The position numbers and the translations under genes were made by a program. A DNA stretch of 64,000 nucleotides. Source: Solirubrobacteraceae bacterium (GTDB taxonomy: Bacteria; Actinomycetota; Thermoleophilia; Solirubrobacterales; Solirubrobacteraceae). Below are positions 60,387 to 64,000 of this stretch, in pieces. Below the pieces are notes generated by a model, which saw only the letters and a program-made list of their open reading frames with translations, had not been told where the DNA came from and made no database searches. The stretch's first letter is position 1. Each line of letters starts with the position of its first letter. Location: the NCBI GenBank assembly GCA_035308915.1, contig DATGFT010000008.1, positions 12,452 to 76,451 on the forward strand. The letters run 5' to 3'.

Positions 60387-62549
60387 GCGGCGCCTGCCGA
60401 ACCTCGGCAGGTACCAGTTCCACTCGCCCAGCAGCTTCATTGCCGAAGGCAGCAGCACGGCCCGGACGAGGGTGGCATCGATCAGCACGGCCACCGCCAG
60501 GCCGACGCCGAGTTGCTTGAACATCGTCTCGGGGAGGATCGCGAAGATCGAGAAGACCGCCACCATCACCACCGCGGCACTGGTGACGACGCCGGCGGTG
60601 CATTTGAGCGCCTCGGCGACGGCATCGCCGGTGCTCATACCGCGCAGGTGCCCCTCGCGAACGCGGCTGAGGATCAGTACGTGGTAGTCCATCGAGAGCC
60701 CGAACAGCACGACGAACAGGAAGAGGGGCAGCCAGTCGATGACCCCGCCGACGTCCTGGGCGCCGAGGGCCGCACGGAGATAGCCGCGCTGGAAGATGAG
60801 CGTCACCACGCCGTAGGACGCGCCCACGGAGAGCAGGTTGAGAACGATCGTCTTGAGCGGGATCACGATCGACCGGAAGGTGAAGAGCAACAGCACGAAG
60901 GTCAAACCGAACACGAACCCGAAGACCAGCGGAAGGTGAGACTTCATGGTCTGGTTGAAGTCGTGCGACCCCGCGGTGGCGCCGCCGACATAGGCTCTGG
61001 CCCCGGGCACTGAGCCGATCGTCCGAGGGATGACCGACTGCCGGAGCATGGCCAGCGCGCGCTCTGAGCGGGCGTCGGTGCCCTTGCCGGCCAGCGAGAT
61101 CGTGACCGCCGCCACCGTGCGATCCGAGGACACCGAGACGATCACCGGCCCCGCCATCTGATGCGTGGCCACCGCCGCCGTACCCAGGCGCTTGATTCCC
61201 TGCTCCACGGCCGGCGTCGTCACGTCCTTGGCCTCGATGACCACGAGGGCGGGTATCGGGCCGCCGGGGAACGCGTTCTGGATCCGGGCGTACGTGCTCA
61301 TGATGGGGAGGTTCGGGGGCAGCCCGACGAACCCGGGATCCACGGTGTGCATCTGAAGGGCGGGCAGCGCGAGCGCGATCAGGACGCCCGCCGAGAGGAC
61401 GAGCGATAGGACCGGGGTGCGAAGCACGCGGTCGATCACGTGGGCCCAGACGCGGGACGGACCCTCCCGGCGGCGTCGCGCGACGATCGGAGCGCGGCCA
61501 CGCTCCACGTTGTCTCCCAGACCCGAGATGACGGCTGGAAGCACGGTGACCGACCCGAGCACGGCCACGGCAACGACGAGCATCGTCCCCATCGCCAGCG
61601 AGCTGAAGGTTGCGTTGCCGGCAAAGAACATCCCGGCCATCGCCGTCATCACGGTCACGCCAGACACGACCACGGCCTGTCCCGATGTCGCCGCCGCGCG
61701 GGCGAGGGCGGTGTCGTTATCGCGGCCGGCGCGCCGCTCCTCGAGCTTGCGCCGCAGGTAGAACATCGAGTAGTCAACCCCCACCGCCAGCCCGATCAGC
61801 GCCACCACCGCGTCGATCTGCCCGGCGTTCACGGGCAGCAGGCGGCTCAGTGGCCCGATCAGCCCGAGTGCCGCCATGACCGCGCTCACGCCGAGCAGCA
61901 GCGGGATTCCCGCGGCGACGATCGACCCGAAGGCGAACACCAGGATGACCAGCGTCACCGGGACGGACGTGTACTCGGCCTTCTTGGCGTCAGCCACGAA
62001 TGCCTTGCTGAACGCCTTGTTGGCGCTGGCAGTTCCGAACTCCTCGACCCGCAGCTGGGGGAACGCCCTCGCCGTAACGGCCACGGCAGCCAGCGGGCGG
62101 TCGACGTTCTTCTGCGCCTGGTTGTAGTCGCCGGCGACGCTGAAGGTCACGAGCATCGAGCGGCCGTCGGCGGACTGAAGGCTCAGGTTTGCGGGCAGGA
62201 GCGGCGAGCGGATGCCGCTGACGTGGGGGAGGACTCGCAGCCGGGCGAGAAGCTGGTTGACGGCCGCGGCGAAGGCTGGGTCACCGATCCGCGTCGCGCC
62301 CTTGCCCTGGATCAGGACCTGCTCCCCGGAGTGGTACGGGAACGCCTTCTCGTAGGCCGCCAGCGCGCGCTTGGCCTCGCCGTTGGTCTGTTGGACGTCG
62401 GTCAGGTAGTGCTGGCCAACCGCAGTGCCGATCGCGAAGGCCGCGGTTACGAAGGCCAACCAGCCAAGAATCGCCTTGCGCCGATGCCTGGCGCTCCAAC
62501 CGCCGGCAGCGGCGGCAAGGTTCCGGCTCCTTTGACGCCGGTCAGCCAT
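60174..62549 (-). CDS. MMPL (RND) family transporter
   Basis: GLAVGVDYS, FGLSMDY, IDATLVR, LGEWNWYLP. 3' end overlaps the convergent gene. Confidence 0.9.
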   Translation of the reverse strand: MADRRQRSRNLAAAAGGWSARHRRKAILGWLAFVTAAFAIGTAVGQHYLTDVQQTNGEAKRALAAYEKAFPYHSGEQVLIQGKGATRIGDPAFAAAVNQLLARLRVLPHVSGIRSPLLPANLSLQSADGRSMLVTFSVAGDYNQAQKNVDRPLAAVAVTARAFPQLRVEEFGTASANKAFSKAFVADAKKAEYTSVPVTLVILVFAFGSIVAAGIPLLLGVSAVMAALGLIGPLSRLLPVNAGQIDAVVALIGLAVGVDYSMFYLRRKLEERRAGRDNDTALARAAATSGQAVVVSGVTVMTAMAGMFFAGNATFSSLAMGTMLVVAVAVLGSVTVLPAVISGLGDNVERGRAPIVARRRREGPSRVWAHVIDRVLRTPVLSLVLSAGVLIALALPALQMHTVDPGFVGLPPNLPIMSTYARIQNAFPGGPIPALVVIEAKDVTTPAVEQGIKRLGTAAVATHQMAGPVIVSVSSDRTVAAVTISLAGKGTDARSERALAMLRQSVIPRTIGSVPGARAYVGGATAGSHDFNQTMKSHLPLVFGFVFGLTFVLLLFTFRSIVIPLKTIVLNLLSVGASYGVVTLIFQRGYLRAALGAQDVGGVIDWLPLFLFVVLFGLSMDYHVLILSRVREGHLRGMSTGDAVAEALKCTAGVVTSAAVVMVAVFSIFAILPETMFKQLGVGLAVAVLIDATLVRAVLLPSAMKLLGEWNWYLPRFGRRRLQPRRMPDGEAAEAGFVGRAGRPPIARLSQGDRVEAKAGHVHERMAGVGEHRDPLPGSRRTPVHQAPGDD

Positions 62550-62633
62550 GCCTCCACGCTATGCCGGCGCGGGCGGCACAACATCGCCGTGGCGCCGCAG
62601 GCCGGATCGGGGATAACTACCGAGGCGGCCTGA

Positions 62634-62960
62634 TCAGGGGAGGCGCAGGTCGTGATGCTGAGCTGCCAGGCGCCGCTCCTCGTCGCTCAGTTCGTCCTCA
62701 CGAGCCGGGGTGACGACGCTCCAGTGGTGACCCACAGGGCAGCGCTCGAGCCTCCAGAAGCCCAGCCGCACTGACTTCACCGAGAAGCCCGGGATCCACA
62801 GCGTCGTGAACAGATGGCCGTCCCGGCAGCGGACGATGATGTTTCCGCCCAGCCGGTGAGCTCGCAGCCACACCGGCAACAGCTCGAGAAGAAACGCTCC
62901 GACGATCAGATAGAGCCGCCTCGGCTCAAGCTCACTGCCTGGGCCATTGATCATGCGCAT
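62634..62960 (-). CDS. Small membrane-anchored protein with C-x3-H...C-x3-H putative Zn ribbon
   Basis: RCRDGH...RCPVGHHW; TGATG coupling to the upstream gene. Confidence 0.6.
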   Translation of the reverse strand: MRMINGPGSELEPRRLYLIVGAFLLELLPVWLRAHRLGGNIIVRCRDGHLFTTLWIPGFSVKSVRLGFWRLERCPVGHHWSVVTPAREDELSDEERRLAAQHHDLRLP

Positions 62961-64000
62961 CAGACCCGCTCCGGTTCCATCTCGATCGCGCCACAGGGGC
63001 ATTCCGCGGCGCAGAGGCCGCAGCCCTTGCAGTAGTCGTAGTCAATCTCATAGGCGTAGGACCCGGTGGGTTCAAGCTTGATCACGGCGTTGTCCGGGCA
63101 GACGCCGTAGCAGTTATCGCAGGCAAAGCAGCTCCCGCACGACATGCAGCGCCGCGCCTCGAACAGGGCATTCGACTCGTCGAGGCCCCCCACGACCTCG
63201 TCAAAGGTCGACTGACGACGGATCGCCTCGAGCCGCGGGCGCATCGTCCGCGGCGCGTCGGCGTAATACCAGGTGTTCAGGTGGGCGAAGTCGGCCAGCG
63301 GGAGTGGCTGGGGTGACTCGGGGGCGGTCCCGCGCAGCCACGCATCGATGTTCCGCGCCGCACGCTTGCCGTGCCCGATCGCCGTCGTGACGGTGCGCTC
63401 GGCGGGGACCATGTCGCCGCCGGCGAAGATCCCGGGACAGCCGGTCATCATCGTCGGGCCGACCTTGACCACGCCGTCCTCGACCTCGATGTCCGGGACT
63501 CCCTCGACCAGCGTGAGGTCCGTCTCCTCGCCCAGGGCCAGGACGAGCGAGTCGGCCTCGAGCTCCTCGAGCTCACCCGTCGGCTGCGGAAAGCCGCTCT
63601 CGTCGAGCTCCATCCGCTCGACCACGAGCCTGTCCGCCTCGGCGCGCTTGATCGTCGAGAGCCACTTCACGAGGACGCCCTCCTGGAGGGCCTCCTCGAG
63701 CTCGGAGTCGTGGGCTGGCATCCGCTCGCGCGTGCGCCGGTAGACGACGATCGACTCCTCGGCGCCGAGGCGCCGCGCGGTGCGCGCGGCGTCGATCGCG
63801 GTGTCGCCGCCGCCGTAGACGACGACGCGGCGCCCGAGCCGTGGCGGAGACTCATCCTCCGTGCTGCGCAGGACCGACAGGGCGTCGAGCATCTTCGCGG
63901 CCGTGCCGGCGGGGATGTACGTGCGTTTGGCCAGTTGAGCGCCGATGGCGAGGAACACGGCGTCGAAGTTGCCCTCGCGCTGAGCGGCCAGAGCGTCGGT
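62960..64000 (-). CDS. GltD-like NAD(P)-binding oxidoreductase with C-terminal 2x[4Fe-4S] domain, 5'-partial
   Basis: YGGGDTAID.AR, YRR, FAGGD, CMSCGSCFACDNCYGVCP, CKGCGLCAAECP. Confidence 0.85.
   Translation of the reverse strand, partial: TDALAAQREGNFDAVFLAIGAQLAKRTYIPAGTAAKMLDALSVLRSTEDESPPRLGRRVVVYGGGDTAIDAARTARRLGAEESIVVYRRTRERMPAHDSELEEALQEGVLVKWLSTIKRAEADRLVVERMELDESGFPQPTGELEELEADSLVLALGEETDLTLVEGVPDIEVEDGVVKVGPTMMTGCPGIFAGGDMVPAERTVTTAIGHGKRAARNIDAWLRGTAPESPQPLPLADFAHLNTWYYADAPRTMRPRLEAIRRQSTFDEVVGGLDESNALFEARRCMSCGSCFACDNCYGVCPDNAVIKLEPTGSYAYEIDYDYCKGCGLCAAECPCGAIEMEPERV

Overview
Very GC-rich, gene-dense actinobacterial DNA. The gene repertoire suggests Thermoleophilia/Solirubrobacterales, which is an inference. 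I found no rRNA, tRNA, CRISPR array, integrase or transposase. About 60 CDS fall into four blocks. (1) 1-14.4 kb is mixed accessory genes. It includes a putative GT-C membrane gene flanked by a duplicated 3' end of its neighbour, and a tiny KGG-type ORF missing from the ORF track. (2) About 14.5-41.4 kb resembles a hypoxia/dormancy region: a DosS-type GAF kinase with a NarL-type regulator, ppsA, a Pat-like acetyltransferase/ligase, a receiver-Ser/Thr kinase fusion, and a WS/DGAT-gap-TreT-patatin-flavodoxin operon. It also holds a split cytochrome b6/subunit IV-like pair with no Rieske gene, and a recurring TCCGTAG-N2-3-CTACGGA-like palindrome. (3) 41.6-54.4 kb has two MsrQ-like diheme cytochrome modules, each near an OmpR-type two-component system. 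One carries ApbE and a divergent ferredoxin reductase/ferredoxin. Small exported proteins in both modules carry a T-R-[TSA]-S motif (five copies in one protein) instead of the canonical [ST]GA[ST] flavinylation site. This is the best candidate for an undescribed system. (4) 54.4-64 kb has a P-type ATPase, a sulfatase remnant, SRPBCC/GyrI/DUF5661 genes, an NlpC/P60 protein, an MMPL transporter and a partial GltD-like Fe-S oxidoreductase. All family calls are by motif recognition by eye; no database searches were run.
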